Positions 28,068-38,326 of a stretch of DNA of 64,000 nt are shown here, piece after piece. The notes under the pieces were generated by a model, which had not been told where the DNA came from, searched no databases, and saw nothing but the letters and a program-made list of their open reading frames with translations. A program made the translations under genes and the position numbers. The stretch's first letter is position 1. Each line of letters starts with the position of its first letter. The stretch is from an uncultured bacterium (GTDB lineage: Bacteria > SAR324 > NAC60-12), in the NCBI GenBank assembly GCA_964010765.1, contig CAXGMD010000005.1:1-64000 (forward strand), written 5' to 3'.

Positions 28068-29224
28068 TCAATAAGCTGGGACAAACTGGAGACCAGTCGG
28101 AGTTGGACGGACTTGGTAGAGTGCATCGCCAGCTCCCAAAATATCACCAGATTCACTGAAGCTGAATTCGCCAATAGCAGAATCTAGCATTTCAACCTCT
28201 TTCAAAGTATCAATTACTGCGGATGGATCTGATGTGCCAGATTTTTCCAGCGCCTTGGCAAATACTTGCACAGCTGCGTAGGAGCGAAGACTATGAATCG
28301 TAGGATCTGATCCAAATTCCGCCTTGTATTGCTCTGTGACGCTTCTAGCGTTCGCCACTTTTGAAAGATCAAATGGCGCAGAAACATAATATTCCATTGC
28401 GTATTTTCCTGCGTTTTCAATGAACGAAGGATCTTTTACGCCATCTCCGGAAATGAAGAAGGCATTATTTCTTTCTTTTCGGGCCTCAGCAACAAATTTA
28501 GCTGCTTCTGGATGATAACCGCTGAAAAACACAGCAGTTCCATTTGAACTGTTCACCTTTGCTTTTCGGAGCTTTCCAATTAGCTCAGAATAACTCTCAG
28601 TTCCAGACTCAATGGGCTCAAAAACCAGTACTTTGACCCCATTCTGTTCAAGACCATCTCTAACGAGACCGGCCATCTCTTTTCCGCAGTTACCTTGGTC
28701 AAAAATTACCGCGGCCTTTTTTATTCCCAAGGCTTTGACAGCGAATTCTACTTGCAAAAGTGCTTGAGAGGCGTCGTGACTGATTGTCCTGAAGAAATTG
28801 GGATACTTACCATCATTCGTAAGGTTTGGATTGGTTGAAGCAGCAGATATAACCGGAATATTTGCGCCCAAGTAGCTTGGCAAAGCAGCTTCTGTCGAGT
28901 TGCTGCAGATGTGTCCAATTACAGCAATCACATTCTCTGCTATCATTTCCTCAGCTACTTGAGCAGCCTTAGCTGAATCACAAGCATCGTCTTGCGTAAC
29001 AACCTCAAGCTCTGTACCCAGAACTCCTCCAGCAGCGTTGATATGCTTGATTGCTAAGTCGCTCCATTTTTTGCAGAAATTCCATAGTTTGACATCTCTC
29101 CTGTGTACGGGCCTACTACACCAATTTTTAGATTTTCTGCCCATGAATTTGAATAAGCTAAGGTTGAAATTCCCAAAGCAACCAAAGAGCTAGCGATTCT
29201 TTTAATAAACTTATTATTCTTCAT
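28068..29224 (-). pseudogene. Branched-chain amino acid ABC substrate-binding protein (LivJ/LivK family), frameshifted near 29060
   Basis: ATG 29224 gives a signal peptide plus LKIGVVGPYTG...NGAT*. The adjacent frame continues DLAIKHINAAGGVLG, DDAC, GHICS, NFFRT. Confidence 0.8.
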
Positions 29225-29394
29225 AATTCACTTTTAAGTAACAATTTGATTAAAGATTAAGAGTCATGTATTAGTTCTTGGTTTTCAGCTAAATCAAAAA
29301 CTAATGAGTATTCTTTTCTATATCCGAAGGCAATGCACAACAAAAAAATGAAAAATATTCAAAAATGACAAAAGGTAATTTGGTGTCTTCGAAT

Positions 29395-30390
29395 TCAATC
29401 GTATTGCTGAAGCCTATAAAAGTTACGGCGGTCAGCTGAAACCACCTCTAGTTGTTGCAGTTGATTACCTTTCAAAATTGTCATTGGAACACGCACTCCT
29501 GCTTCACCTTGACCCCAGATCGCTCGAAACAGTTGCTCCAAGTCTGAAACGGCCACCTCATTGATTTTCAGAATCAAATCTCCTTCTGCTAGCCCAGATT
29601 GGCTTGCGGGGCTGTTTTTGCCGACACTTTGAACCAAGACTCTCCCATATTGTTCAACGACGGTCAAACCCAGCCAAGGTTTTGGTGGCTTCGAAACCTG
29701 ACCTTGTTCAATCAATTCGGATAAAATTGGTCGTAGGGCTTCAATGGGAACAAACATATTTGCTGGCACAAGTTGATCTGCAAACGGACGTCTCACAAAT
29801 AAAGAGCCAATTCCCACCAACTCGCCTTGGTCATTAATTAAGCCAGCCCCTGCAAATGCTGGAACCGCTGGTGTAGTAAATAGTGCATCTTCCAATAAAT
29901 ACTCCCAATAGCCCGCAAAATTTTCACGGTCCATCACGATCACTTCTTGAAGCACAGAATCGATTTCCCGACTGACGACCTGTAGTTGACTTCCCACCTG
30001 TAATTGTGAGGAGTCCCCAAGTGCAAGTGGCTCTGCTTGGAGGGGTGTGAGGGCCTGCACAATTCCAAATCCAGTATCTCCATCGTAGCCAATGACTGTT
30101 GCAGGAACAGTTTTACCGTCTACATCAACTAGGCTTACTTTGCTTGCTTCCAAGATAAGATAACCAATTGTCAGCACTCTGCCTTCGTCATCAATCACAA
30201 TTCCACTACCTCTCCGGTTTGCTCCCAATGAAGACGCCGTTCTGGCTGTGACAGGAATCTTTACTTCCAGCCCAACAATCGCATTGACAGGATTGACCAA
30301 CAATGAAGACGAACCAAGCATAGGCAGAACAAAGGCAGACAGCGCAACCAGAAAAAATGGAACAACATAATTTAAATCCTTCATGTTCAA
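29395..30390 (-). CDS. S1C/HtrA-like trypsin-fold plus PDZ protein lacking the catalytic triad
   Basis: GSGIVI, LTIGYLI, LGDS, GEL.GI, PWLG, SPA...GL..GD.I. Confidence 0.85.
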   Translation of the reverse strand: MNMKDLNYVVPFFLVALSAFVLPMLGSSSLLVNPVNAIVGLEVKIPVTARTASSLGANRRGSGIVIDDEGRVLTIGYLILEASKVSLVDVDGKTVPATVIGYDGDTGFGIVQALTPLQAEPLALGDSSQLQVGSQLQVVSREIDSVLQEVIVMDRENFAGYWEYLLEDALFTTPAVPAFAGAGLINDQGELVGIGSLFVRRPFADQLVPANMFVPIEALRPILSELIEQGQVSKPPKPWLGLTVVEQYGRVLVQSVGKNSPASQSGLAEGDLILKINEVAVSDLEQLFRAIWGQGEAGVRVPMTILKGNQLQQLEVVSADRRNFYRLQQYD

Positions 30391-30547
30391 TTCCTTTGTG
30401 AGTCTGTGTGCTTGATTTCAAACAAAATGCATAGCTTTTGTCTGCTCGAATTAATTCAATGGACTTATCAATCTGGAATCTGATTGACAGAAGTCACTAA
30501 AAGTGACAAAAACTGATCAAAATCAAACTTTCTATGCAAAAATATTT

Positions 30548-32188
30548 ATGAAACTTCGCTTACGTCATGTGTTGCTAGTCACAGTCGGTGCTACCCTATT
30601 GCTTACCAATGCGGTCATTCTTTTCGTAGGCTTTCAGCAAAGATCAGCAGATATTCAAAAAGCCTATTATGACCACTTTCATCTGACCTCGAAAGTGTTT
30701 GCATACCGCTCATTTTTTGTCATCCAAGGGGGGATGGAGAAGCAACTCCCTTACTACCTAAGTGGACTACTCACGGATCAAATATTTTATTATGTAATCA
30801 CAGATTCTAACAAAAAGGTCTTAATTTCCTCCTTTGATTCTGAAAGTCAATTATCTGATCATGACCTATTGATTTGGTCGCAAGGAAAAATTGAAACTAC
30901 TCAAAACGTGATTCTCAGTAGTAAGGACCGGATTTATGGGATTCAGAAAATGGTCGGCAGACTTCGATCGTTCTTACCTGGTACTCTAACTCCGCAAGGT
31001 GAATCAATGGTAGGTGATGAAAGAGTATATGAAGTCGAGGTTAAATTTGGGGACACACGAAAACTGGATGTCCTAGACACTCGTGCAGCATTTATGTACA
31101 TGGGCTTTCAAGAATACGAGTCATCGCTGTTCGAATATTTAAATGATTACAGAATTTTTCTAAACCTATTTTTCACAACCATTTTTATTTTATTTTTTTC
31201 ATACGTCTTCAGTGGTTGGTTCTTAGCCCCAATGAACCAGTTACAACGATATCTAAACAGATTTCAACAAAGAACAAAAAAGACGACTCCCAAGAAATTT
31301 GCGATGCAAGTGAGGATTTTGGATCCAAGACGCATCACTGCGCATACTGTGGAAACTCAGCATCTCTTGGATGCCTGCAAAAATTTTCAGGACAATCTCC
31401 TCCACAGTCTTCAGGTGGTGCAGAAAACTCATCACCAGATGCAGGCGGCCACTGATGGAATTCAAGAGTCTTACGTCTCTCTCGAACAAACCCAACGACA
31501 ACTCGTGCAGTCTACGAAGATGGCCGCTGTTGGAGAAATGCTTGCGATGATCGCGCATCAGTGGCGACAACCACTTTCAGTGATTGGGATGATCACATCT
31601 GGTCTCACCCTGAAAGTTCATATGAACAAAATAGATACAGCTTTCACAGAGGAGATCGACAAGCTACAGCATCAGATCCGTTTCCTCTCCAGAACCATTG
31701 AAGACTTTCGAAATTTCTTCCGGCCCAACGATAAATTAGAAAGCGTCCAACTTGGCGATATCGTGACGCTGACTGTGAAAATGTTTGAACCAATCCTTCA
31801 AAAGTCTGCAATAGAAGTTCAGACGGAACTGATTGCTGTTCCATCTATCAGAGTTCATCAGAGTGAACTGCAGCAAGTGATCATGAATTTGCTCAAAAAT
31901 GCAATGGATGCTTTGGTTGAGAAGCAGCCAAAATTAAGGCAAATCAAAATTCGAGTAGGCCAAAATGAGAATCGCCAAATTCTTGAGGTACAAGATAACG
32001 CAGGAGGGATTGACGAAGAAATTATTGATCGAATCTTCGATCCTTACTTTACAACCAAAGGAAAGTTGAATGGAACCGGATTAGGCCTGTACATGTCAAA
32101 ATTAATTATTGAAGAACATCTCCGCGGGAGACTTTTTGTACAAAATCAAGATAGTGGTGCGAATTTCAGAATTGAGCTACCCTGCTAG
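30548..32188 (+). CDS. Membrane sensor histidine kinase
   Basis: Two TM helices, H-box IAHQWRQPL, NLLKNA, DNAGG, IFDPYFTTK, GTGLGLY. Confidence 0.93.
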   Translation: MKLRLRHVLLVTVGATLLLTNAVILFVGFQQRSADIQKAYYDHFHLTSKVFAYRSFFVIQGGMEKQLPYYLSGLLTDQIFYYVITDSNKKVLISSFDSESQLSDHDLLIWSQGKIETTQNVILSSKDRIYGIQKMVGRLRSFLPGTLTPQGESMVGDERVYEVEVKFGDTRKLDVLDTRAAFMYMGFQEYESSLFEYLNDYRIFLNLFFTTIFILFFSYVFSGWFLAPMNQLQRYLNRFQQRTKKTTPKKFAMQVRILDPRRITAHTVETQHLLDACKNFQDNLLHSLQVVQKTHHQMQAATDGIQESYVSLEQTQRQLVQSTKMAAVGEMLAMIAHQWRQPLSVIGMITSGLTLKVHMNKIDTAFTEEIDKLQHQIRFLSRTIEDFRNFFRPNDKLESVQLGDIVTLTVKMFEPILQKSAIEVQTELIAVPSIRVHQSELQQVIMNLLKNAMDALVEKQPKLRQIKIRVGQNENRQILEVQDNAGGIDEEIIDRIFDPYFTTKGKLNGTGLGLYMSKLIIEEHLRGRLFVQNQDSGANFRIELPC

Positions 32189-32227
32189 ATCATCAACCTT
32201 GATTTAGATTTGGTAGGAGCTATCAAC

Positions 32228-32599
32228 ATGAACAACGACCTGAATGTTTTGGGAGAACCTCTTCAACCCTGCAGCATGAATCCTTTGACAGGATTCTATC
32301 GAGATGGTTGTTGTAAGACCGGTGAAGATGACCGTGGGAAACATATTGTCTGTGCCCGGATGACAGAAGACTTTTTGAACTACACCAAAAGTCGTGGAAA
32401 TGATCTCTCCACTGCCATTCCACAATTTGGATTTCCAGGTTTAAAACCAGGCGATCAATGGTGCCTTTGTGCCTCCCGTTGGAAAGAGGCCTTGGATGCT
32501 GGGATGGCTCCACCCGTTCGGCTTCGGGCAACTCATGAAGCTGCCTTAGAGATTGTCTCATTGGACGAACTTCAGCATCACGCTCTTCCAGATGACTGA
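32228..32599 (+). CDS. DUF2237-family protein
   Basis: NVLGEPL..CS..PLTGFYRDGCC, GNDLST...FPGLKPGD.WCLCA.RW. Confidence 0.9.
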   Translation: MNNDLNVLGEPLQPCSMNPLTGFYRDGCCKTGEDDRGKHIVCARMTEDFLNYTKSRGNDLSTAIPQFGFPGLKPGDQWCLCASRWKEALDAGMAPPVRLRATHEAALEIVSLDELQHHALPDD

Positions 32600-32606
32600 C
32601 TGAACA

Positions 32607-32966
32607 GTGCCTCACCTCCACGAAAAAATTCTCAAAACCTCGCTCAAGCCCAAGCCAGGTCAACCTACCTTTTTACATAAGGTGGAACTCATTGTGAGCC
32701 AAATCCCGGCTGGAAAAGTAATGACCTATGGTCAAGTAGCACAGTGCATAGGTCAGGGCACAGCTCGACTTGTCGGAATGGCTCTATCTTCTTTACCGAA
32801 AGCATCTTCAATTCCTTGGCATCGAGTGGTGAACGCCAAGGGTGGTATCAGTCCACGTGCAAATCCCCAAAGCTCACTTGAACAGATCCAACGGCTCCTT
32901 GATGAAGGAATCCAATTCAACCGCAACCAAGAGTTGGATCTGAACTCATATCGCTACAAACCCTAA
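32607..32966 (+). CDS. Alkyltransferase-like (ATL, MGMT-family) protein
   Basis: IP.GKV.TYG.VA, AR.VG, PWHRV with Trp in place of the catalytic Cys. Confidence 0.9.
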   Translation: MPHLHEKILKTSLKPKPGQPTFLHKVELIVSQIPAGKVMTYGQVAQCIGQGTARLVGMALSSLPKASSIPWHRVVNAKGGISPRANPQSSLEQIQRLLDEGIQFNRNQELDLNSYRYKP

Positions 32967-33143
32967 AACTTTGAGGTAAGATCCAAGTGAACTCTTGGGA
33001 GAAGATGAATTGAGGGCATCTATTACTGACTGGGTAAAAGATCTCTGACATCTTTTTGAAAAGATACAGAGTTGACTTTGCAGCGAGCATTGTGAGTAAG
33101 CTCTCAATTTACTTCTCAAGCATAATCATTATTTGGAAAAACC

Positions 33144-33917
33144 ATGTCTGGCAGAATCGAAGGAAAGATCGCATTGGTTGTAGGTGCGGCGCAAGGTATT
33201 GGTGAAGCAATCGCCAAACGTTTTATGGAAGAGGGAGCTAAGGTTGTGATTGCAGATGTTTTGGACGAGATCGGCCAAGCTACAGCCGAACGTCTTGGTG
33301 GTACTTATGTCCATACGGACATTTCAGATTTTGAAGCAGCTAAAGAAGCAGTTGCAGTTGCTGTCCAAAATTATGGGACCCTCGATATTATTGTACAGAA
33401 TGCTGGAATTTATCCTTGGACCTTGATTGAAAACACCTCACCAGAAGAATGGGACCAAGTTTGTGCAGTTAATTTGAAAGGGACTTTTCTGGCAGCTAGA
33501 GCAGCCTTTCCAGTGATGAAAAAAAATCGATCTGGTCGAATGATTTTCACCTCTTCAATCACAGGTCCCTACGTAACGAGTCCCGGTCACGGACACTACT
33601 CTGCGACAAAGGCAGGTATAAACGGCTTCATTAAGGCTGCAGCCCTTGAATTTTCTGGCTACGGTATCACAGTCAATGGAGTTGAACCCGGAAACATTCT
33701 GACAGATGGGATGAAAGCTCACCGATCTCAGGACTTCATCAAATCGATGGAAGACGCCATTCCTCTTGGCCGGCTCGGTACCCCACTTGACGTAGCAAAC
33801 GCATTTTTATTTCTTGCTTCTGATGAGGCCGCCTACATCACAGGTACAACCATCGTAGTTGACGGTGGACAATTACTACCCGAAGGGAATGATTTTCGGA
33901 TCAATCCAGACCCGTAA
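33144..33917 (+). CDS. SDR-family oxidoreductase
   Basis: GAAQGIG, QNAGI, YSATK, VN.VEPG, ITG..IVVDGG. Confidence 0.95.
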   Translation: MSGRIEGKIALVVGAAQGIGEAIAKRFMEEGAKVVIADVLDEIGQATAERLGGTYVHTDISDFEAAKEAVAVAVQNYGTLDIIVQNAGIYPWTLIENTSPEEWDQVCAVNLKGTFLAARAAFPVMKKNRSGRMIFTSSITGPYVTSPGHGHYSATKAGINGFIKAAALEFSGYGITVNGVEPGNILTDGMKAHRSQDFIKSMEDAIPLGRLGTPLDVANAFLFLASDEAAYITGTTIVVDGGQLLPEGNDFRINPDP

Positions 33918-33962
33918 GATTTAAAGAACAACATCAATGTCAAAATCATATCCGGATAAGTT

Positions 33963-34832
33963 ATGAGTCGCTTCGAAGGCCAGGTTGTTATTGTTACAGG
34001 AGGCGCCTTAGGAATTGGAGGCGCTACTGCTCGAAAATTTGCGAAAGAGGGAGCTAAAGTCCTCATCGCAGATTTCAATGAGCAGGCCGCTACCAAGAAT
34101 GTCGAATTGATTCTCAGTCAAGGAGGCATCGCAGCATTCAGTCGTACTGATGTTTCCAAGAGTGAAGATGTCGAGAGAATGGTTCAGGAAGCCATTCGAC
34201 AATTTGGTTGTGTGGATGTCCTTGTACAAAACGCTTTCAGTGTCTTAGCCAGTGAAAATCACATTCATGGAAGTGCTGTCACCGTCAAAGAGGAAAGTTG
34301 GGACTATGGGATGGATGTTATGCTCAAGGCTCTATATCTTGGCGCCAAGCACTGCGTCCCACACATGCAACGCAAGCAGTTTGGGAACATCGTCAATATC
34401 GCCTCTGTCCACAGCTTTCTTCAAGAACCCAAAATGCTCGTTTATGAAACCGCAAAAGCTGCAGTTGTTGGCTTGACCCGGCAAATGGCTGTTGACTTTG
34501 GTCCTGACAATATTCGTGTAAACGCGATTGCGCCGGGACACATCGTCACCGAAGGTATACAGAAGGTCTGGGAGCAAAACCCCACGGGTCTGCAGTTTCT
34601 TGAAAATCAGTACCCCTTGCGCAAGACAGGGGTACCTGATGACATAGCAGACGGAATCACTTTTCTCTGCTCTGAACAGGCTTCCTTCATCACTGCACAT
34701 ACACTGGTGATTGACGGTGGGCTCTCAATTCAACTTCAGGAAAAATTTGGTATCCGGCAGGCCGTATTCGCTCGCAATCAACCCGATGTCAAAATTCCAG
34801 ACGCTGACTACCAGAAGGAAAAGAACAAATGA
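33963..34832 (+). CDS. SDR-family oxidoreductase
   Basis: TGGALGIG, NIAS, YETAK, IRVNAIAPG. Confidence 0.95.
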   Translation: MSRFEGQVVIVTGGALGIGGATARKFAKEGAKVLIADFNEQAATKNVELILSQGGIAAFSRTDVSKSEDVERMVQEAIRQFGCVDVLVQNAFSVLASENHIHGSAVTVKEESWDYGMDVMLKALYLGAKHCVPHMQRKQFGNIVNIASVHSFLQEPKMLVYETAKAAVVGLTRQMAVDFGPDNIRVNAIAPGHIVTEGIQKVWEQNPTGLQFLENQYPLRKTGVPDDIADGITFLCSEQASFITAHTLVIDGGLSIQLQEKFGIRQAVFARNQPDVKIPDADYQKEKNK

Positions 34833-34874
34833 AATACTCGCTTCGGTGCTCCAACCTGATTACTGGACCCTGAG

Positions 34875-35729
34875 ATGACTGCCTTGCCTCAACTACAAGC
34901 GGATGGATATTGCGTCATTGAGCAAGTTATGGATCAAACTGACATGGATTGGCTTCGAAGTCTATGTGGACAAGCTTTGTGCAATGTTTCTGCTGAACAT
35001 CGAGAAAGAAATCGTTCCCAAGGCAGTTTGGTTTTGATTGCCGACTACCCTGAGTTCGGCAGATTACTTGGTCACCCAGAACTTTCTAAAATCTTTGATG
35101 AGTTGGAATTCCGCGATCCGAAATTCAGTTCAGGTTACATCATCAGCAAGCCTCCACAGAGCCCAGCCTTATTCTGGCACCAAGATTGGTGGGGTTGGAA
35201 CGAACCATCATCCTTCACAGATCAAATGGCTCAGGTTTTTGTGATGATTTATCTTCAGGACACCCAACCACAGAATGGCTGCCTACGTGTGATTCCAGGT
35301 TCTCACAGAAAATTGCACGAGTTGCATTATGTCAATGCACATACAGAATCTCTGTCTCGTGTAGAGAATCCCAATGATCGGTTGTTCGAATCACTTCCTG
35401 ACCAAGTTGCAGTCCCGATAAATTCTGGGGATGTGATCGTTGGGGATGCACGGCTGATTCATGGCGCATTTCCAAACGAGCAATCAGAGGATAGGACACT
35501 CATTACTCTCTGGTTTCATCCCAATTACAATTCTCTGGCACCCGCACTCCAATCGCGCATTTCAGAGATATTTTTGAGAACTGGTGTTGATACAGATCCT
35601 GATGCGCCTGAAAAAAAGACGCCATTAGATTGGCCTGATGAAAATCGCGTAGGATGTGATTTTTATTTTCCTAAGAAGTTGGTAGGAATTGACCCGAATC
35701 CTTGGTGTCGAATTCCCGAAAGGCAGTGA
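34875..35729 (+). CDS. Phytanoyl-CoA dioxygenase (PhyH)-family Fe(II)/2OG oxygenase
   Basis: DGY.VI, WHQD, NGCLRVIPGSH, GD......IHG...N...R. Confidence 0.9.
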   Translation: MTALPQLQADGYCVIEQVMDQTDMDWLRSLCGQALCNVSAEHRERNRSQGSLVLIADYPEFGRLLGHPELSKIFDELEFRDPKFSSGYIISKPPQSPALFWHQDWWGWNEPSSFTDQMAQVFVMIYLQDTQPQNGCLRVIPGSHRKLHELHYVNAHTESLSRVENPNDRLFESLPDQVAVPINSGDVIVGDARLIHGAFPNEQSEDRTLITLWFHPNYNSLAPALQSRISEIFLRTGVDTDPDAPEKKTPLDWPDENRVGCDFYFPKKLVGIDPNPWCRIPERQ

Positions 35730-35759
35730 GAGGGGAGCGTAATCCTAAATTTGTGGGGC

Positions 35760-36068
35760 TTATAACTCGCGAAGGCTAAACATCAACGGATAGCCCTCCT
35801 GCTGTGCCATTTCATGAACCTTATCTACCTTGGTCTCAGCTTCTTGCAGACTATAACTTCCAACAACAGCAACTCCGTGTTGATGTGCCTGCCACATGAT
35901 TTGAACTGCCATCTCCTGACCCTTGTGAAACACGACTTCCAGCACATGCACGACAAACTCGCGTGGAGTAAAATCATCATTGTGCAGTAAGACCTGATAC
36001 TGCTTTGGATGCTTTAGTTGAGTTTTTGTCTGAGTTTTCGGTTTGGCAGTTGTTTGATCAGCCATCAT
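35760..36068 (-). CDS. clpS: Clp protease adaptor
   Basis: Y.VLLHNDDFTP.EFV..VL..VF, M..AH..G, AETK, YPL. Confidence 0.95.
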   Translation of the reverse strand: MMADQTTAKPKTQTKTQLKHPKQYQVLLHNDDFTPREFVVHVLEVVFHKGQEMAVQIMWQAHQHGVAVVGSYSLQEAETKVDKVHEMAQQEGYPLMFSLREL

Positions 36069-36450
36069 TCTCCATCTGTTTTCAGAAAAGAAATCTTTTC
36101 AACTGCCGATATCCTACGCCTCTCACCACACGCTGTAAACTATTTCTCCATTTGCTGGCTTACTTGCGATTCCCAAATCGCTTTCCCGTTTTTTCAATTT
36201 CAGAGAAATACCCACGGAAATGTTTAATAATGTCTCCATAGTTGATTTTTGAGTTCGCTTCTCTAGGCTAACATTCATTTGTTATTTTATTTTTTAAGTT
36301 ATTGAATTTTTTGCATCTGTTGTTCATGAAAGCAAATTTTTTGAACAAGAGAAGATCTATTCTTTCATTTATTGATCAATTTGTTTAGTATCCAGCCTGC
36401 TAATTCACTAAAGTAAATTTCTAAATCAACTTAGAGTGTGCTGAATTCTC

Positions 36451-37095
36451 ATGAAACCAATCATTGTCTTTGATCTTGGTGGAGTTTTGATTGACTGGAA
36501 CCCGCGCTATCTTTACAGGAAGTTTTTCACTGACGAACCCCACATGGAGTTCTTTCTGCGTGAGGTAGTTTCCAACAGGTGGAATCTCCAGATGGATGCA
36601 GGGAAATCCCAACAGGAGTCCGTTGAAGAACTATCAAGAGCATGCCCTCAATATCGTGATGCGATTATTGCCTGGATGACACGTTGGGATGAGATGCTTG
36701 GTGATTCGATTGAGACAATGCCAGAAGTTTTACAGTATTTTTCCAGAACAGGTTACGAACTCCACGCAATCACTAATTGGTCCGCAGAAACTTTTCACTT
36801 TGCCGAGAAGAAATACGATTTCCTGCAGCTCTTCAGGACGATCACTGTTTCTGGACGAGAGAAGGTAGCCAAACCTAACCCTGTAATTTTTGAAATATTT
36901 CTGGAACGAAACCAACTTAAAGCTAGCGATTGCATTTTCATTGATGATGCCTCCAGAAATATCGAATCCGCCTACTCAATGGGTTTCGAGACTGTTCATT
37001 TTACTGACCCTTCAACCTGCATACGCGAACTTGCAGAGAAGATTGGTGACCAAGGCTTACTGCAATTTATCGAGGAAGAAGTCAATGTCCCCTGA
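36451..37095 (+). CDS. HAD-family hydrolase
   Basis: FDLGGVL, TN, KP...IF, FIDD...N...A...G. Confidence 0.92.
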   Translation: MKPIIVFDLGGVLIDWNPRYLYRKFFTDEPHMEFFLREVVSNRWNLQMDAGKSQQESVEELSRACPQYRDAIIAWMTRWDEMLGDSIETMPEVLQYFSRTGYELHAITNWSAETFHFAEKKYDFLQLFRTITVSGREKVAKPNPVIFEIFLERNQLKASDCIFIDDASRNIESAYSMGFETVHFTDPSTCIRELAEKIGDQGLLQFIEEEVNVP

Positions 37096-38326
37096 TCCGA
37101 AAATTCTGAGTCAGCAAATTCAGCAACAAAAACAAAAATTACGAAAAGCTGCTGACTTGGATAGTTCTTTCATTAAATTAAGCATATCTCTTAAAGAGGA
37201 AGTTGAGGAGATTATTGCTTTGGCAGCCAATGGATCTGAGGTTATTCCAGAAGTAAGTTTCACTGATATCCATAAAGGAGCAGTAAGTTCGAATTTGACG
37301 CAACTCGTTAAGAAGAGAGGCTGTGCAGTCATCCGACAAGTTTTTTCGTCAGAACGAGTCAACGATTGGAATGAACAGATCGTCGAGTACATCGAATCCA
37401 ATCAGTACTATAACAAGGAAATTAAAAAACGTGGTCTGGATCAATACTTCAGTCAACTTGCTTCCGGTCGACCACAAATTTTCGGTTTGTATTGGTCCAA
37501 ACCTCAGATCGAAGCACGCCAGTCTGAAGAACTAGCAACCACAAGAAGATGGTTGAATCGGCTCTGGGATCATAATCAGTCTGGAAAACCAGTCTTCAAT
37601 CCAGATCAAGAATGCTCCTATGCGGACCGATTGCGGCGGCGCCAGCCTGGTAATAGTACCCTTGGCCTTTCGCCACATGTTGACGGCGGCTCAGTTGAGC
37701 GCTGGTTGGATGAGGGCTTCCACAATGTTTATCGACATGTCTACTCTGGGGAATGGCAAAAGTACGATCCCTTTGCGGCGGCTCATCGTACCGAGACAAA
37801 AGAGATCCCTTCTCCTGCTGTCTGCCAGATGTTCCGAACTTTTCAAGGATGGACTGCCTTGACATCACAAGGACCTGGTGAAGGTACGCTTCAACTCATT
37901 CCAATCGCCAGAGGAATGGCCTGGATTCTTCTCAGGGCATTGCAGAAGGATGTAGCCGCAGACGATCTTTGTGGAGCAAAAGCTGGAAGAGCCCTCTCCA
38001 TTCTGACTGACTACCACCAACTGCTAATAAAAGCTTTGGTTCCCATTCCAAAGGTTCAACCTGGTGATACTGTGTGGTGGCACCCAGACGTCATTCATGC
38101 CGTAGAAGATCATCATCAAGGAAATGACTACAGCAATGTCATGTACATTGGTGCTGCTCCTGATTGCGAAAAGAATCAGATTTTCCTCCCCAAGCAAGCC
38201 GACGCCTTTCTACAAGGACGATCCTGTCCTGACTTTGCTCCAGAAGACTATGAAGTCGATTTTGCCGGAAGAGCTCAATTGAGTAATTTAACTGATCTCG
38301 GTCGCCTGCAAATGGGACTATCCTAG
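37085..38326 (+). CDS. DUF1479 (YbiU/Gig2-like) putative Fe(II) oxygenase
   Basis: YWSKPQ..ARQ, YADR.R.R.PG, PHVDGGS.ERW, FRTFQGW.AL, WH.D.IHAV. ATG 37085 overlaps the HAD gene end. Confidence 0.88.
   Translation: MSPDPKILSQQIQQQKQKLRKAADLDSSFIKLSISLKEEVEEIIALAANGSEVIPEVSFTDIHKGAVSSNLTQLVKKRGCAVIRQVFSSERVNDWNEQIVEYIESNQYYNKEIKKRGLDQYFSQLASGRPQIFGLYWSKPQIEARQSEELATTRRWLNRLWDHNQSGKPVFNPDQECSYADRLRRRQPGNSTLGLSPHVDGGSVERWLDEGFHNVYRHVYSGEWQKYDPFAAAHRTETKEIPSPAVCQMFRTFQGWTALTSQGPGEGTLQLIPIARGMAWILLRALQKDVAADDLCGAKAGRALSILTDYHQLLIKALVPIPKVQPGDTVWWHPDVIHAVEDHHQGNDYSNVMYIGAAPDCEKNQIFLPKQADAFLQGRSCPDFAPEDYEVDFAGRAQLSNLTDLGRLQMGLS

Noticed and set aside
32223..32663. 146-aa minus-strand ORF, and the many other short antisense or off-frame ORFs in the track
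   Set aside because: Shadows of well-supported genes, with no motifs of their own.
35760..36068. clpS and aat as a novel linked system
   Set aside because: Both are known N-degron pathway genes, about 17 kb apart and not clustered.
36890..37084. N-terminal extension of the DUF1479 ORF (possible fusion)
   Set aside because: It overlaps the HAD gene out of frame; ATG 37085 gives a normal-looking start.
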